From an uncultured Methanosarcinaceae archaeon (GTDB lineage Archaea; Halobacteriota; Methanosarcinia; Methanosarcinales; Methanosarcinaceae): 64,000 nucleotides of DNA. The stretch covers positions 8,631-72,630 of the forward strand of contig CAVRJG010000021.1 of assembly GCA_963721455.1 (NCBI GenBank), given 5' to 3'. The position numbers and the translations under genes are program-made. Positions within the stretch are counted from its first letter, which is position 1, and each line of letters begins with the position of its first letter. Positions 10,415 through 22,780 of this stretch are shown in pieces. The notes under the pieces were generated by a model. It was not told the DNA's origin. It saw nothing but the letters and a program-made list of their open reading frames with translations, and ran no database searches.

Positions 10415-10555
10415 AGGGGGTACCTCCTCTCAAAGGATATTATCCTTTATATAGCTTTCGTTAGAACATGGGTCAGTTATTCTCTCTGCGAATCAAAATT
10501 TCTGTTTTTGCTCTGTTTTCCCGATTTCAGGTTTTTTTCCTGAGCTTATTTTCCT

Positions 10556-11107
10556 TCACTCCCAGCGCCGATAAATCTCGTTTTCTATCCCGAGCAGGTC
10601 AAGAGCTCTTCCCACCATGGTATCTATCAGGTCTTCAAGGGTTTTAGGCCTCGAATAAAAACCAGGGCAGGCTGGAAGGATACTTGCCCCTGCTCTTTTA
10701 GCCCGAAGCATGTTTTCTATATGTATCAGGTTAAGAGGAGTTTCCCGGGTCATTAAGATAAGTTTTCTCTCCTCTTTGAGGCAGACGTCTGCAGCCCTTG
10801 TAATGAGGGTATCGGATATCCCGTTTGCCACCGCCGCGAGAGTTTTCATGCTGCAGGGAGCGATAACCATTCCCGCTGTCCTGTAAGAGCCGCTGGATAT
10901 TGGCGCTGAAAAGTCTTTCTGGGAATAACTCCAGGTTGCAAGTTTTTCCACTGCCTCCGGTGTATAATCAGTTTCGATTTCGATTATCTGCTTTGCAGCA
11001 TCAGTCAAAATCAGATGGGTTTTAATCCCTTTTTCCGCCAGTACTTCAAGAAGGTGGATTCCGTACTGGACCCCTGAGGCTCCGCTGATCCCTACCGTTA
11101 TTTCCAT
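10556..11107 (-). CDS. ubiX: Flavin prenyltransferase UbiX
   Basis: GISGASG, SSGS, APCSMKTLA and RETPL motifs. Confidence 0.95.
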   Translation of the reverse strand: MEITVGISGASGVQYGIHLLEVLAEKGIKTHLILTDAAKQIIEIETDYTPEAVEKLATWSYSQKDFSAPISSGSYRTAGMVIAPCSMKTLAAVANGISDTLITRAADVCLKEERKLILMTRETPLNLIHIENMLRAKRAGASILPACPGFYSRPKTLEDLIDTMVGRALDLLGIENEIYRRWE

Positions 11108-11487
11108 TATTCATTTCTCCCTGCCAGTCGGTCTCTTTTTTCATAAAAGGCGATGAAGCTTTCTACCATTTCCCCTGCGGCTGAGACTATATCCCTTATC
11201 TCCTCAGGGCTGATATTATCCTGATGTATGCCGGCAACAAATACCGATGTCTTCCCCGTGGCCCTGCTTACCTGCCTTGCCCCATTCAGGGCGAGCTGTT
11301 CTTCCCGGTGTCCGGGCATTGTTATTACCGACGAGCTTGTTCTCTGGCTTTTCTCGTCAAAAAGCCCTATGGCGACAGCTCCCACATGTTCCCTTCCGCC
11401 TGTAAGGGTCAGCAGGTAGTCTTCTCCTATTTTCTTTGCCTCAAGTATTACTTCGGTTCTGCCGACTTTCCGTTTAATCTGAAACAA
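11107..11487 (-). CDS. LpdD-like (putative prenylated-FMN chaperone) protein
   Basis: GG.xHVGAV, GHREE and AGIH motifs; coupled to ubiX. Confidence 0.65.
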   Translation of the reverse strand: MFQIKRKVGRTEVILEAKKIGEDYLLTLTGGREHVGAVAIGLFDEKSQRTSSSVITMPGHREEQLALNGARQVSRATGKTSVFVAGIHQDNISPEEIRDIVSAAGEMVESFIAFYEKRDRLAGRNE

Positions 11488-11618
11488 AATTCTTACCTCA
11501 GCGCTTCAAGCTTTTCCAGATTTTTACTTTAAGTCTTATTATGCCTTTTATAAGCCTTATTATGCTTTTTATATATCTGGTACCAGGCCTATTAAGTTCA
11601 GGCCCTTAAAACCTTAAA

Positions 11619-12854
11619 CTATGAGCGAAAATCCCCTTTTTCCTTTCTATCTGAGAGATCACTCAGTTTAAACTGTTTTGTGGATTTTTTAACATCAAAA
11701 TAATCTCTAGCAGCCTTTCCCACGGCTTCGCAGTGTTCTCTCAGGCTGTATACCCCCATTCTCCAGTTATCCATATGGGCCTCCTGCAGGATGGATACGA
11801 AATGGGAAGCCTCGTTAAGAGGGATCATTTTGTGATCCGTCTTTATCATGGCCCGCATTTCTAACATTTCAGGTGTCTTTGGGATGTCCACAAGCACATA
11901 CCGAGGATCAACCCCGGCGAGTTCTGCAATTTCTTTTTCTGCTCTCCGGATCCTGTCACGATGCCTGAGTACGGCTTTTCCGACATCTTCAAGTCCCACG
12001 TATAGTGCCCGCTTATACAGTTTACGGGCATCCAGCCGCCGCGAAAGTTCCTCTGCATATCCTGACCCGGTTGCGTTCCGCATTGCTGCCACAAGGTCTA
12101 TGTCATCCATCTGTCTGAGCCTTAACGGGTCAAGCTCCTTGTTTTCGATCATGTATTCCACTGCTCTGGAACACATGGCTTCCGAGATCCTGGTTACATG
12201 ATGATAATAGACGGATGTGTTCATCCAGAAGCGTGAGACCAGAAGGGATTCGGCAGCTTTTAACCCTCCATAGTCGACAACGAGCCGGTCTTCGTAAAAA
12301 TTCATTTGATTTATCAGGCGGTTATAATCTACAACTCCAAAGGCAACCCCTGTGTAATGTGCGTCCCGGACAAGATAATCCATTCTGTCCACATCAATCT
12401 CGCTGCTAAGGATCTGCCCTATAGAGGTTTCTCCTTTGATGTGTTTTGCAAGGTTTCCGGGGGAAATTCCATATTTGTTCAAGACTTCCCTTATTTCGCC
12501 TTTCCCCAGTATTTCCTTTACATCGTCATGCCTGCGCCTCGTGTACCTGTCAATTATATTCTCGGTAACATGGGAAAAAGGTCCGTGCCCCACGTCATGC
12601 AGAAGGGATGCGGCTCTTATCTCAGTTTTTTTGTCCCCTTCAATCGAGTCGAGATTCCGGGTTAGCATGGAGGTAAGGTGCATTGTTCCAAGGGAGTGTT
12701 CAAAGCGGGTGTGATTCGCTCCCGGGTAAACAAGGTTTGAAAAGCCAAGCTGTCTGACCCTTCTGAGGCGCTGCATCTGGGGAGTGGCAAGAAGTTCCTG
12801 AATCAAATCGTCCAGCTCGATGTAACCGTGTACGGGGTCAAGGACAACTTTCAT
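11619..12854 (-). CDS. HD-superfamily phosphohydrolase (SAMHD1-like)
   Basis: DPVHG, QRLRRVRQLG, HTRFEHSLG, LLHDVGHGPFSH, DVDRMDY. Confidence 0.92.
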   Translation of the reverse strand: MKVVLDPVHGYIELDDLIQELLATPQMQRLRRVRQLGFSNLVYPGANHTRFEHSLGTMHLTSMLTRNLDSIEGDKKTEIRAASLLHDVGHGPFSHVTENIIDRYTRRRHDDVKEILGKGEIREVLNKYGISPGNLAKHIKGETSIGQILSSEIDVDRMDYLVRDAHYTGVAFGVVDYNRLINQMNFYEDRLVVDYGGLKAAESLLVSRFWMNTSVYYHHVTRISEAMCSRAVEYMIENKELDPLRLRQMDDIDLVAAMRNATGSGYAEELSRRLDARKLYKRALYVGLEDVGKAVLRHRDRIRRAEKEIAELAGVDPRYVLVDIPKTPEMLEMRAMIKTDHKMIPLNEASHFVSILQEAHMDNWRMGVYSLREHCEAVGKAARDYFDVKKSTKQFKLSDLSDRKEKGDFRS

Positions 12855-12964
12855 TATTCTTTAGACAGATTTCATTATATATTGCTGTTACTATTACTCT
12901 GATACTGTGAATTTTGCAGGAAACCCGCTACCCGAAAGCTGGAAAAGGATCGGAAGGTATTATC

Positions 12965-13888
12965 ATGATTATATTTTCAGGCGGCACCGGAACTCCAAAG
13001 CTCCTTGACGGACTCAAGGAAATCCTCCCGCCGGAGGAACTGACCGTTGTTGTAAATACTGCCGAAGACCTCTGGGTTTCGGGAAATCTGATTTGTCCCG
13101 ATCTGGATACGGTGCTCTATCTGTTCTCAGACCAGATCGACAGGAAGAAATGGTGGGGAATACAAAACGACACCTTTCAGACTCATGAGCGCATGCAGGA
13201 ACTGGGCTTCAGGGAAAGCATGAAACTTGGGGACAGGGACAGGGCAACCCACATTATGCGCTCGAATCTAATCCGGAGTGGAGTATCCCTTACAGACGCG
13301 ACTTTAAAACTTGCGTCCATTTTCGGTATTGGTGCAAAGATTTTGCCCATGTCTGATGATCCTGTCTCCACTTATATAGAAACTCCCGAAGAGGTCATGC
13401 ATTTTCAGGACTTCTGGATCGGGAAACATGGAGAACCCGAAGTACTGGGAGTTGACCTAAGGGGAGTTTCCGAAACTTCAATTTCTCCAAAGGTACTCGA
13501 AGCCCTGGAAAATGACGACAATGTCCTTATAGGGCCGAGTAATCCGATCACGAGTATAGGTCCTATTATTTCCTTGCCGGGCATGAAGAGCCTGCTGGGA
13601 AAGAAGAAGGTCGTGGCAGTCAGCCCAATCATTGGCAATGCTCCTATCAGCGGACCTGCCGGAAAGCTGATGCAGGCATGCGGGCTTGAGGTCTCTTCCA
13701 TGGGAGTTGCGGAATATTATCAGGACTTTCTGGATGTTTTTGTTTTCGATGAAAGGGATCTGGCAGATGAATTCGCGTTTGAGAAGCTAGGATGCCGTGC
13801 CGCCCGTGTCGACACCCTCATGACCTCAACTGAAAAAAGCAGGGAACTGGCAGAGTTCGTAACAGGGCTGTTTGATACTATTGTCTGA
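12965..13888 (+). CDS. cofD: 2-phospho-L-lactate transferase (F420 biosynthesis)
   Basis: SGGTGTPKL, PDLDTV, LGDRD, GPSNPITSI, GPAGKLM. Start taken at ATG 12965. Confidence 0.93.
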   Translation: MIIFSGGTGTPKLLDGLKEILPPEELTVVVNTAEDLWVSGNLICPDLDTVLYLFSDQIDRKKWWGIQNDTFQTHERMQELGFRESMKLGDRDRATHIMRSNLIRSGVSLTDATLKLASIFGIGAKILPMSDDPVSTYIETPEEVMHFQDFWIGKHGEPEVLGVDLRGVSETSISPKVLEALENDDNVLIGPSNPITSIGPIISLPGMKSLLGKKKVVAVSPIIGNAPISGPAGKLMQACGLEVSSMGVAEYYQDFLDVFVFDERDLADEFAFEKLGCRAARVDTLMTSTEKSRELAEFVTGLFDTIV

Positions 13889-14217
13889 TCTTCATTTCCA
13901 TTTCACTTTTTTTGCCCGGACTTTTTCGGATATTATCTGATTTTTAAAGAGTTTCCCGCCCTCAAACATCCTTTAATTTATTGATACTAAAATAATTATT
14001 TATTATACCCTTGCAAGGATATGATGTATTTAAATACCAAAATTATATCAAGTACTTTGGTGTTTCCCTAAAGTTGATCTATCTTCTCTATGTAGTTCCT
14101 TCGTTTTTGCGTTTTTTGGCTCGCTGCCAGGAAGCGATTTGCTTGAAGCACGATAGGATAATATTATCTGGAATACTACTTACAGGAATATCGCAACAGC
14201 CAAAAAGAGTTAATACC

Positions 14218-14790
14218 ATGCTTGAAATGTTAAAAAGCTCTCTCATTAATTCTCCTGTGATCAAGCGAGGAGAATACAATTACTTTATCCATCCTATCTC
14301 TGATGGTGTACCATCCATAGACCCCCATATGGTTGAAGAGATCGCCGAATATATTCTCCAGATTACTGATATTAAAAAAGTTGACACTATTCTCACGGTA
14401 GAGGCTATGGGTATTCCTGTAGCAAATGCTCTTTCCCTGAAAACAGGAATTCCATTGACTATTGTTCGGAAGCGCCCTTATTTCCTTGAAGGAGAAGTGG
14501 AACTTTCTCAGAGCACAGGGTATTCTAAAGGTGTGCTCTACATAAATGGGCTCAAAAGAGGAGACAGAGTAATTATCGTGGATGATGTAATCAGTACTGG
14601 CGGAACGCTGCTCGCACTCGTAAAAGCGCTAAAAACTATGGGTGTGGAGGTTCTGGATGTAATTTCCGTTATCGGGCGTGGGTACGGCTATTTAAAATTA
14701 AAGGAACTCGGGGTTGAACCCAAAATTCTCGTTACAATTGATGTAAGCGAGAAAGGTGTGGAGATTAAGAATGTCTTTGGGGATCAGTGA
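14218..14790 (+). CDS. hpt: Purine (hypoxanthine/guanine/adenine) phosphoribosyltransferase
   Basis: [19 protein letters not shown] loop [11 protein letters not shown]. Start at ATG 14218. Confidence 0.88.
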   Translation: MLEMLKSSLINSPVIKRGEYNYFIHPISDGVPSIDPHMVEEIAEYILQITDIKKVDTILTVEAMGIPVANALSLKTGIPLTIVRKRPYFLEGEVELSQSTGYSKGVLYINGLKRGDRVIIVDDVISTGGTLLALVKALKTMGVEVLDVISVIGRGYGYLKLKELGVEPKILVTIDVSEKGVEIKNVFGDQ

Positions 14791-15778
14791 AGCGTTTGAC
14801 TTAAGGCCTGACTATATTATCAGTGTGATAAGGAACCTGGGTGCAAAAACCGTAGGTTTCCAGTTCCCTGAAGGGCTCAAAAGGAAAGGTCCGAATCTCG
14901 CAAAAAAGGTTGAAGAAGCTACCGGCGCTGAGGTTCTTATCTCCGGAGACCCCTGCTTTGGAGCATGTGACCTGGACAGGATCTTGCTGGAGCATGTGGA
15001 CATTCTTTTCCATTTCGGGCATGCAGAACTTGAGGACACGAAACTTTCAGAGAAAGTCTATTTCATAGAAACGCGCTCTTCAGTTGATGTCAGGCCTGTT
15101 GTTGAAAAAGCCGTGCCTGAACTTAAAGGCCAGAGGATAGGGCTGATCACTACTGTTCAGCACGTCCACAAACTCCCTGATGCCTGCGATGTTCTCGAAA
15201 CCGGTGGAAAGACCTGCGTGATCGGGCGCGGGGATTCCAGGATCGCCTATCCCGGGCAGGTACTGGGCTGTAATTTTTCGGCAGCCAGGGACGAAGTCTG
15301 TGATGAATACCTGTATATAGGAAGCGGGGATTTCCATCCTTTAGGTGTGGCTCTTTCCACAAAAAAGCGTGTTCTTGCAGCCGACCCTTTTTCCGGGGAA
15401 GTCCGGGAGGTCGATCCTTCAAGAGTTCTTCGCCAGCGGAGTGCGGTAATTGCAAAGTCCCTGGATGCAAGGGTTTTCGGGATCATCGTCTCAAGCAAAA
15501 ACGGGCAGGAAAGGATGGAATTGGCTGCGTCTTTAAAAGAGCTTGCGAAGAAGCATGGAAAAGAGGCATATATGATCCTGATTGATCTTGTAACTCCTGA
15601 CCAGCTGCTCCAGTTCAAGGCTGACGCTTTCGTAAATACTGCCTGCCCAAGGCTTGCCGTTGATGAGGTGGGGCGTTTTCCCTCCCCTATGCTTACGCCT
15701 CAGGAGTTTGAGATCGTACTTGGAGAAAGGGAATGGGAAAAGCTTGTGCTTGATGAAATTACCGAGGAACCGGTGTGA
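14771..15778 (+). CDS. dph2: Diphthamide biosynthesis enzyme Dph2
   Basis: QFPEG, CFGACD, GQVLGC, G.FH, ACPR cysteine motifs. Confidence 0.93.
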   Translation: MSLGISEAFDLRPDYIISVIRNLGAKTVGFQFPEGLKRKGPNLAKKVEEATGAEVLISGDPCFGACDLDRILLEHVDILFHFGHAELEDTKLSEKVYFIETRSSVDVRPVVEKAVPELKGQRIGLITTVQHVHKLPDACDVLETGGKTCVIGRGDSRIAYPGQVLGCNFSAARDEVCDEYLYIGSGDFHPLGVALSTKKRVLAADPFSGEVREVDPSRVLRQRSAVIAKSLDARVFGIIVSSKNGQERMELAASLKELAKKHGKEAYMILIDLVTPDQLLQFKADAFVNTACPRLAVDEVGRFPSPMLTPQEFEIVLGEREWEKLVLDEITEEPV

Positions 15779-15914
15779 TTTTTTACTTTCAGATTACATC
15801 AGTTAAAAAAAGTTAAAGGGTGTAATAGAAGAATCTGTGAAGGGCTTTTTACAGGAAATTTTAAAACATATATAAATTCTAAATACAAATAAATAGGGAA
15901 CTAAAGTAGATGAA

Positions 15915-16508
15915 ATGAAACAAAGAAAACTTGAGATGCTACTTGAAGAAGTGGAAGATTTTTCCGATCCTGAACTTGAGCTGGAGCAGTACCAGACTCC
16001 TCCTCCCCTGGCTGCGGAAATCCTGCATTTTGCTTACATGCAAGGTGACCTTGATGATTCTGTCCAGGATCTGGGCTGTGGTACCGGAATCCTTGCAATC
16101 GGGGCAAAGCTTCTGGGAGCCAGAAAGGTTGTGGGGTATGATACGGATCCGAAAGCACTTGAAATTGCAAAAACAAATGCCAGAAAACTTGGAGTCGAAG
16201 TCGAGTTCGTATTCACGGATATTGCCGACGTTACAGGGCATGTAAAAACCACGCTTATGAATCCTCCTTTCGGGGCAAGAGTGAAGGGCAGGGACAGGCC
16301 TTTTCTTTCGTCAGCATTAAGAACAAGTGAAGTGATATACTCAATTCACAACCGCGGAAGCCTTGCTTTTATCCAAAAGTTCATTAAGCCTGCGGTCATT
16401 ACACATTCTTACGTTGCGAAACTCCCTCTAAAACGAACCTTCGACTTTCATAAAAAAGAAAGAGAGGTTATTGAGGTAGAGATTTACAGACTTACAATCT
16501 CTAAATAA
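15915..16508 (+). CDS. METTL5-family SAM-dependent RNA methyltransferase
   Basis: LEQYQTP, DLGCGTG, NPPFG. Confidence 0.9.
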   Translation: MKQRKLEMLLEEVEDFSDPELELEQYQTPPPLAAEILHFAYMQGDLDDSVQDLGCGTGILAIGAKLLGARKVVGYDTDPKALEIAKTNARKLGVEVEFVFTDIADVTGHVKTTLMNPPFGARVKGRDRPFLSSALRTSEVIYSIHNRGSLAFIQKFIKPAVITHSYVAKLPLKRTFDFHKKEREVIEVEIYRLTISK

Positions 16509-16799
16509 ATTCCAAATTCAGTACCGTTTACGGCATCACTTTTTATAGTGCTATGTCTTCAGGGCTTTATTTCAAAAAGGCGAATAATAAACACATGCTT
16601 AAACAAGTATGCCTATGTATATCCAACTGTACGGTGCGTCTATAGGGACAAATTTGGCAGATAATATGAACGTGATAATCTATTCCCCTCCTGAGGTTGA
16701 TTATCTGTCGATTGGAAACTGCCAGCATTCTATAATATTTTGATAGTTACTGAGATTATGATTTATATTGATTACTAATGATAATTAGAATGAGGGATC

Positions 16800-17795
16800 A
16801 TGATTAGAATCCGAAAAAATAAAACTACGAGAAAGAAATTGACTGGTCCGAGCGAAGGAAAGCCACTTGCCGAAAAGGCGGCTCAAATCGCTTCAGAAAG
16901 CAGAGAGCAGTCAAGGGACCAGTTTAAAAGTCAGCCCAGGGATCAGTCCAGAGACCAGTTTAAAAGTCAGCCCAGGGATCAGTCCAGAGACCAGTTTAAA
17001 AGTCAGCCCAGGGAACAATCCAGGGAGCAGTTTAAAAGCCAGCCCAGGGAGCAACCCAGGGAGCAGCCCAGGGATCAGTTTAAAAGTCAGCCCAGGGACC
17101 AGTCGAAGGACCAGTTCAGGGGAGACCAGAGTAAAAAAAGAAGGTTCCCTTACCCAAAAAAAGCTCCACGGGAAAGAACGGATATGCCTGGCTCCAGGGT
17201 CCCCCGCGAAGTAGAAACACCGGAAGAAGATCTTGAAAAAGGAGGCTTTGTTCTCCCTGGAGAACTCGTTGGAACCACAGAGGAGTTCAAGCCGGGAGCA
17301 GGAACAGCCATGTCTGCCGGAGATATTTACTCTACAGCTACCGGGAACGTAATTATTGATAGGAAAACCAGAATAGTCTCGGTCAAGCCAAACACGCTCA
17401 CTCCGAATATCCTTAAAATAGGAGATATCTTGTATGGCAAGATAACTGACGTGCGCGAATCCGGGGCAATGGTAGAAGTTGGAGGAATTGAAGGCAAAGA
17501 AGGCAGGGAAGTCGTCAATTCACGGCTTGGGGATATCCATGTGTCAAATGTGAGGGACTCTTACGTTAAGAGACTTGCAGACGAGTTCAGGCCCTCTGAT
17601 ATAATCAGGGCCAGAGTCATCGACACTGAGAGAATCCGCCTGACAACAGCTGAGGAATCCCTCGGAGTTGTGAAAGCTTACTGCTCAAATTGCAGAGGGG
17701 AACTGGTGCTGGAAGGGAAAAAGCTTAAATGCCCGGCATGCAATATGACTGAAACCCGCAAGATCTCCACCGAGTACGGGAAAGGGATACAGTAA
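16800..17795 (+). CDS. csl4: Exosome RNA-binding subunit Csl4 with an N-terminal repeat extension
   Basis: VLPGE N-domain, S1 domain, C-terminal CSNC...CPAC zinc ribbon, ETRKIS; upstream of rpoL. Confidence 0.9.
   Translation: MIRIRKNKTTRKKLTGPSEGKPLAEKAAQIASESREQSRDQFKSQPRDQSRDQFKSQPRDQSRDQFKSQPREQSREQFKSQPREQPREQPRDQFKSQPRDQSKDQFRGDQSKKRRFPYPKKAPRERTDMPGSRVPREVETPEEDLEKGGFVLPGELVGTTEEFKPGAGTAMSAGDIYSTATGNVIIDRKTRIVSVKPNTLTPNILKIGDILYGKITDVRESGAMVEVGGIEGKEGREVVNSRLGDIHVSNVRDSYVKRLADEFRPSDIIRARVIDTERIRLTTAEESLGVVKAYCSNCRGELVLEGKKLKCPACNMTETRKISTEYGKGIQ
16905..17130 (+). repeat. 36-nt coding tandem repeat (QSRDQFKSQPRD) in the Csl4 N-terminus
   Basis: cagtttaaaag(t/c)cagcccaggga recurs five times. 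Confidence 0.9.
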
Positions 17796-17867
17796 ATTTC
17801 TTTCTCCCTATAGGTATGGGTTTCTGCACAATCGACTATATTACTCACCATTTACAGGTGATCACCA

Positions 17868-18146
17868 ATGGAACTGAACATTCTTTCTAAAACAGATAAC
17901 GAGCTTGAAGTTGAGCTCAAAGGCGAGACACATACCCTTCTCAATATGCTTAAGGACCTCCTGATCAGAGACGAAAGGGTTGAGATTGCCTTTTATGATA
18001 TGAAGCACGTGAGCATTAGTGACCCGATCCTTTACATCAAAACCGATGGTACAAACCCTATTGAGGTCTTAAAGGACGCTGCTTCGATAATTATTGCTCA
18101 GTGTGACGAATTTACTGATGTATTTAGCAAGGCAGTAAACGCCTGA
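17868..18146 (+). CDS. rpoL: DNA-directed RNA polymerase subunit L (Rpo11)
   Basis: 92 aa, GETHTLLNML motif, GGTGA RBS. Confidence 0.93.
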   Translation: MELNILSKTDNELEVELKGETHTLLNMLKDLLIRDERVEIAFYDMKHVSISDPILYIKTDGTNPIEVLKDAASIIIAQCDEFTDVFSKAVNA

Positions 18147-18466
18147 AATTCCTTGAAATGACTGCATAACGTCTTCTTAAAGGCGTTCTGCTCTCTTTTC
18201 CGGCAATCCGGAACTTTTCCCAGTTGAGGGTTTCTGGTAGTTTTTCCAATGAGCTTTTGCTATCCTCGAATCTCGGGGATTTCTGGAATACTTTTTTATG
18301 AATTCTATGCGTATCCTGCGTAAATAAGGAATCTCAAATGCGGGAATCTGGCTAGAAGCATTAAACCGGGCAGGGTATGCCGGCTCTTGTCAGCCTGATG
18401 AACCCTAAACTAGCATTTGTAACTTAATAATCATAAACTAAACCTACAGTTAACATCGAGGTATGA

Positions 18467-19633
<1,167 letters not shown>

Positions 19634-19790
19634 GTTCGTTTAAACCGGATCGTATTTGATGCTCAGGAGAATTACGGCCTCTAGTTCTGAATCTCTGGCA
19701 TCTCTCATATTTTTTTGAAGCAGATAAATTCAGGAATTCCAGAGCAAAAAATGCATGTTTTCGGAATCTATCTGCTGAATCTATCTGCTT

Positions 19791-20126
19791 TTATTTTTTT
19801 AACTCAACGTTTTCCACGTATCCTTCTCCTCTGGGAGTCAGGACATAATATGTAATCCCTTCGCTTTCCTCCTTTTCAATACAGAGGGTACTTTCTAGCA
19901 TATTGAGGTTGTAACTTGCCTGGGAGTCCGTGAGCTTGAATTCGGCTTTTATCTCTTCCAGGGATTTTTTCTCTACCAGGGCTTTAAGGATGCTTCTCCG
20001 GACAGGGTTTTGCAGGGCATTAAGGCAAGACTTATGGTCTTCGGTCATGTCCTCTTTCATCCTGCCTTCCTTTTTCATCTTTGCAACCCATTCTTTTTTT
20101 CTTTTTGCGGCTTCCTCGGGGGTCAT
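19791..20126 (-). CDS. Small winged-HTH (ArsR-like) protein
   Basis: ALQNPVRRSIL ... YYVLTPRG pattern. Confidence 0.75.
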   Translation of the reverse strand: MTPEEAAKRKKEWVAKMKKEGRMKEDMTEDHKSCLNALQNPVRRSILKALVEKKSLEEIKAEFKLTDSQASYNLNMLESTLCIEKEESEGITYYVLTPRGEGYVENVELKK

Positions 20127-20249
20127 GGCTGATCATTATTATATTGACATGAATGTCTAAATAAGTTTGTGAAAAGCGAGAATAGTGAGAACTGCAAAAC
20201 AGCCCTTCCGGGCTCAGTATATAAATAATCCCACTTCCAATATTTTGCC

Positions 20250-20801
20250 ATGAAACAGAACCCAGAGCTTGAATCCCTCGAACTGCTTGCAAAAATAATC
20301 CTCACTGCCGCGCGGACAGCCCCAAAAGGAAAAGGCATTGACGATATCATAACCTGCCTCCTTTCTCAGGAAGAAAAATCTGAGCTTGCCGATAATATGG
20401 AAAAGCTAAGCGAAATCAAAGGTATCAAATTCCTGTTTCGGGACGCCAAAAATGTCAGGGACGCCGATGCCATTGTCCTTATAGGGCTGAAGGCTTCCGG
20501 CGTGAGCAATCTGGACTGCGGAGCCTGCGGGTTTGGAACTTGCAAAGAAATGCTTGAACACGGAGAAGTGCAGAAAGAGTTTCTCGGCCCCCAGTGCATG
20601 ATCAAGTACCTTGACCTCGGAATTGCCGTGGGATCGGCAGCAGCAAAGGCAAAGGACCTCTGTATCGATAACCGTATCCTTTATTCTGCAGGGGCTGCAG
20701 CCTGTTACTTCAAAATGATAGAGGCAGACGTGGCAATGGGGCTTCCGCTGAGCGTTAAAGGAAAGAACCTGCTTTCGGCAGGTAACTTGTTTTTTTCGTA
20801 A
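20250..20801 (+). CDS. Ferredoxin-like domain protein (DUF2148 type)
   Basis: AARTAPKGKG, CGACGFxxC, DLGIAVGSA, DNRILYSAG. Confidence 0.8.
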   Translation: MKQNPELESLELLAKIILTAARTAPKGKGIDDIITCLLSQEEKSELADNMEKLSEIKGIKFLFRDAKNVRDADAIVLIGLKASGVSNLDCGACGFGTCKEMLEHGEVQKEFLGPQCMIKYLDLGIAVGSAAAKAKDLCIDNRILYSAGAAACYFKMIEADVAMGLPLSVKGKNLLSAGNLFFS

Positions 20802-21197
20802 CATTTTTACTGATAACGTTTTTGCTGGGAAACACATTATCCCTTATACAAAACATTATTGCAAAAATGGTTCATTGTTTATATATGTCGTGAGATTTTG
20901 GTTATATGTTAACCAGTTTCAAACACGTCACATATTTATATTATGTTTGAAAAACACTATCAGTAAAAATCCTCCTACTTTAATGTCGACCTGCCGAATA
21001 TAGGAAAGAATATCTTTTTTGACCGGGAATCCACAAGAAAAGTTCAGGAATAAAATCTATTTTTCTCTTTTTATACATAAATTCCGTATAAAGAAAAGGT
21101 TAATTCAGGCGCAGCAGTGACATTTTTTCTGCTGCTTACCTGTCTTTATTGAGATCCCTTTCTGAATGTTTTTCTTGTTTTCACTGGAGCATTTCTC

Positions 21198-22460
21198 TCA
21201 CCTGAAGTTTTTCAGGGCTTCGAAGTCAAGAGTTGCAAAGTAATCCTCAATGGTTTCGGCTCTCCTTATCTGCACAACGCTTCCGTCCTTCCTGAGAAGA
21301 AGTTCGGCAGAACGGAGTTTTCCATTATAATTGAAACCCATTGCATGCCCGTGAGCTCCGGTGTCATGGATTGCAAGGATATCCCCTATTTCTATTTCAG
21401 GAAGGGGCCTGTCAATTGCGAACTTATCGTTGTTTTCGCAAAGGGAGCCGGTTACGTCATAATTGCGGACAGGAGCTTCCTTTTCTTTTCCAAGCACGGT
21501 TATGTGGTGGTAGGCTCCGTATACTCCGGGACGCATTAAGTTGGCCATACAGGAATCCATCCCCACATAGTCTTTGTAGGTATGTTTTAGGTGCCTTACC
21601 TGGGAAATAAGGTATCCATAGGGGCCTGTGATCACACGGCCGCATTCCAGGAAGACTTTGAGCGGATAAAGCCCGTTAGCTGTAATCGTGGCTTCGTAGG
21701 CTTCTCTGGCACCTTTTGCCACGGCTTCGAAGGAGACAGGTTCCTGTTCGGGCCTGTAGGGGATTCCTATGCCTCCGCCGAGGTTCACAAATTCAAACCT
21801 TATATCCAGTTCTTTTGTGATTTCAATTATTAGTTCGAAAAGGATTCTTGCGGTTTCCACAAAGTAATCAGGGTTCAATTCGTTCGAGGCAACCATTGTG
21901 TGCATTCCGAAACGCTTCACTCCCTTATCCCTCAGTATACGGTAGCCTTCAAAAAGCTGGTCTCTCGTAAAGCCGTACTTTGCCTCTTCCGGTTTTCCTA
22001 TGATGGAATTTCCCCCTTTAAGGGGGCCCGGATTGTACCTGAAGCAAACAATTTCCGGAAGCCCTGCATATTTCTCAAGGTAGTCAATATGGCTTATGTC
22101 ATCAAGGTTTATGTAAGCCCCAAGTTCCTTTGCCTTTATGAACTCGTCAGAGGGAGTATCATTTGAGCTGAACATAATGTCTTCACCAGTCATTCCCGCT
22201 TTTTCGGCAAGAATTAGTTCCGGCAGGGAACTGCAATCCGCACCGAAACCCTCGTCTTTGAGGATTTTGAGAATAAATGGGTTTGGAAGGGCTTTTACGG
22301 CAAAAAACTCTTTAAAACCGGGAACTTCCCTGAAAGCTGCTTTCATTCTCCGCGCATTTTCCAGAATGGCTTTTTCATCGTAAATGTGAAACGGGGTGGG
22401 GTACTTTTTCATTATTTCCAGAATATCTTCTTTGGTGAAGGGAAGGTCCTTTGAAAACAT
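21198..22460 (-). CDS. lysA: Diaminopimelate decarboxylase
   Basis: FAVKA PLP lysine, NLGGGIG, ECGR, GSLCENND, YNGK. Confidence 0.92.
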   Translation of the reverse strand: MFSKDLPFTKEDILEIMKKYPTPFHIYDEKAILENARRMKAAFREVPGFKEFFAVKALPNPFILKILKDEGFGADCSSLPELILAEKAGMTGEDIMFSSNDTPSDEFIKAKELGAYINLDDISHIDYLEKYAGLPEIVCFRYNPGPLKGGNSIIGKPEEAKYGFTRDQLFEGYRILRDKGVKRFGMHTMVASNELNPDYFVETARILFELIIEITKELDIRFEFVNLGGGIGIPYRPEQEPVSFEAVAKGAREAYEATITANGLYPLKVFLECGRVITGPYGYLISQVRHLKHTYKDYVGMDSCMANLMRPGVYGAYHHITVLGKEKEAPVRNYDVTGSLCENNDKFAIDRPLPEIEIGDILAIHDTGAHGHAMGFNYNGKLRSAELLLRKDGSVVQIRRAETIEDYFATLDFEALKNFR

Positions 22461-22780
22461 ATTATTACCTTTTACCTGTTTTTTGTTTAATGGATTTTGT
22501 ACTAATTTGAACTTTTACTCCTTTATTAGTTTTTCTCCCCGAATTGCGCCTCGGGATCACAGGAAATCGGAGATTTTCTGGGAGTTGCGATGTAATCGCA
22601 ACAGTAACGGTCCTTCTCGCTTCGCTCGAGAGGACTAATTTATGGAAAAGTAAAATTACTTTTCAACTTGCTCAAGCGGACTAATTTCTGGGACAGAAAT
22701 TTTCCGGTCTGCAGGTGTTTTCCATGGTTGAAGAGCTTGAAGTTAATATTATAAATTTTTACATTCGAAAGTGCAAATGG

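Noticed and set aside
14011-14217. N-terminal extensions in the ORF track for hpt, cofD, cysS, the ICMT-family gene and lhr
   Set aside because: Upstream TTG/GTG starts add non-homologous sequence; downstream ATGs match the family N-termini.
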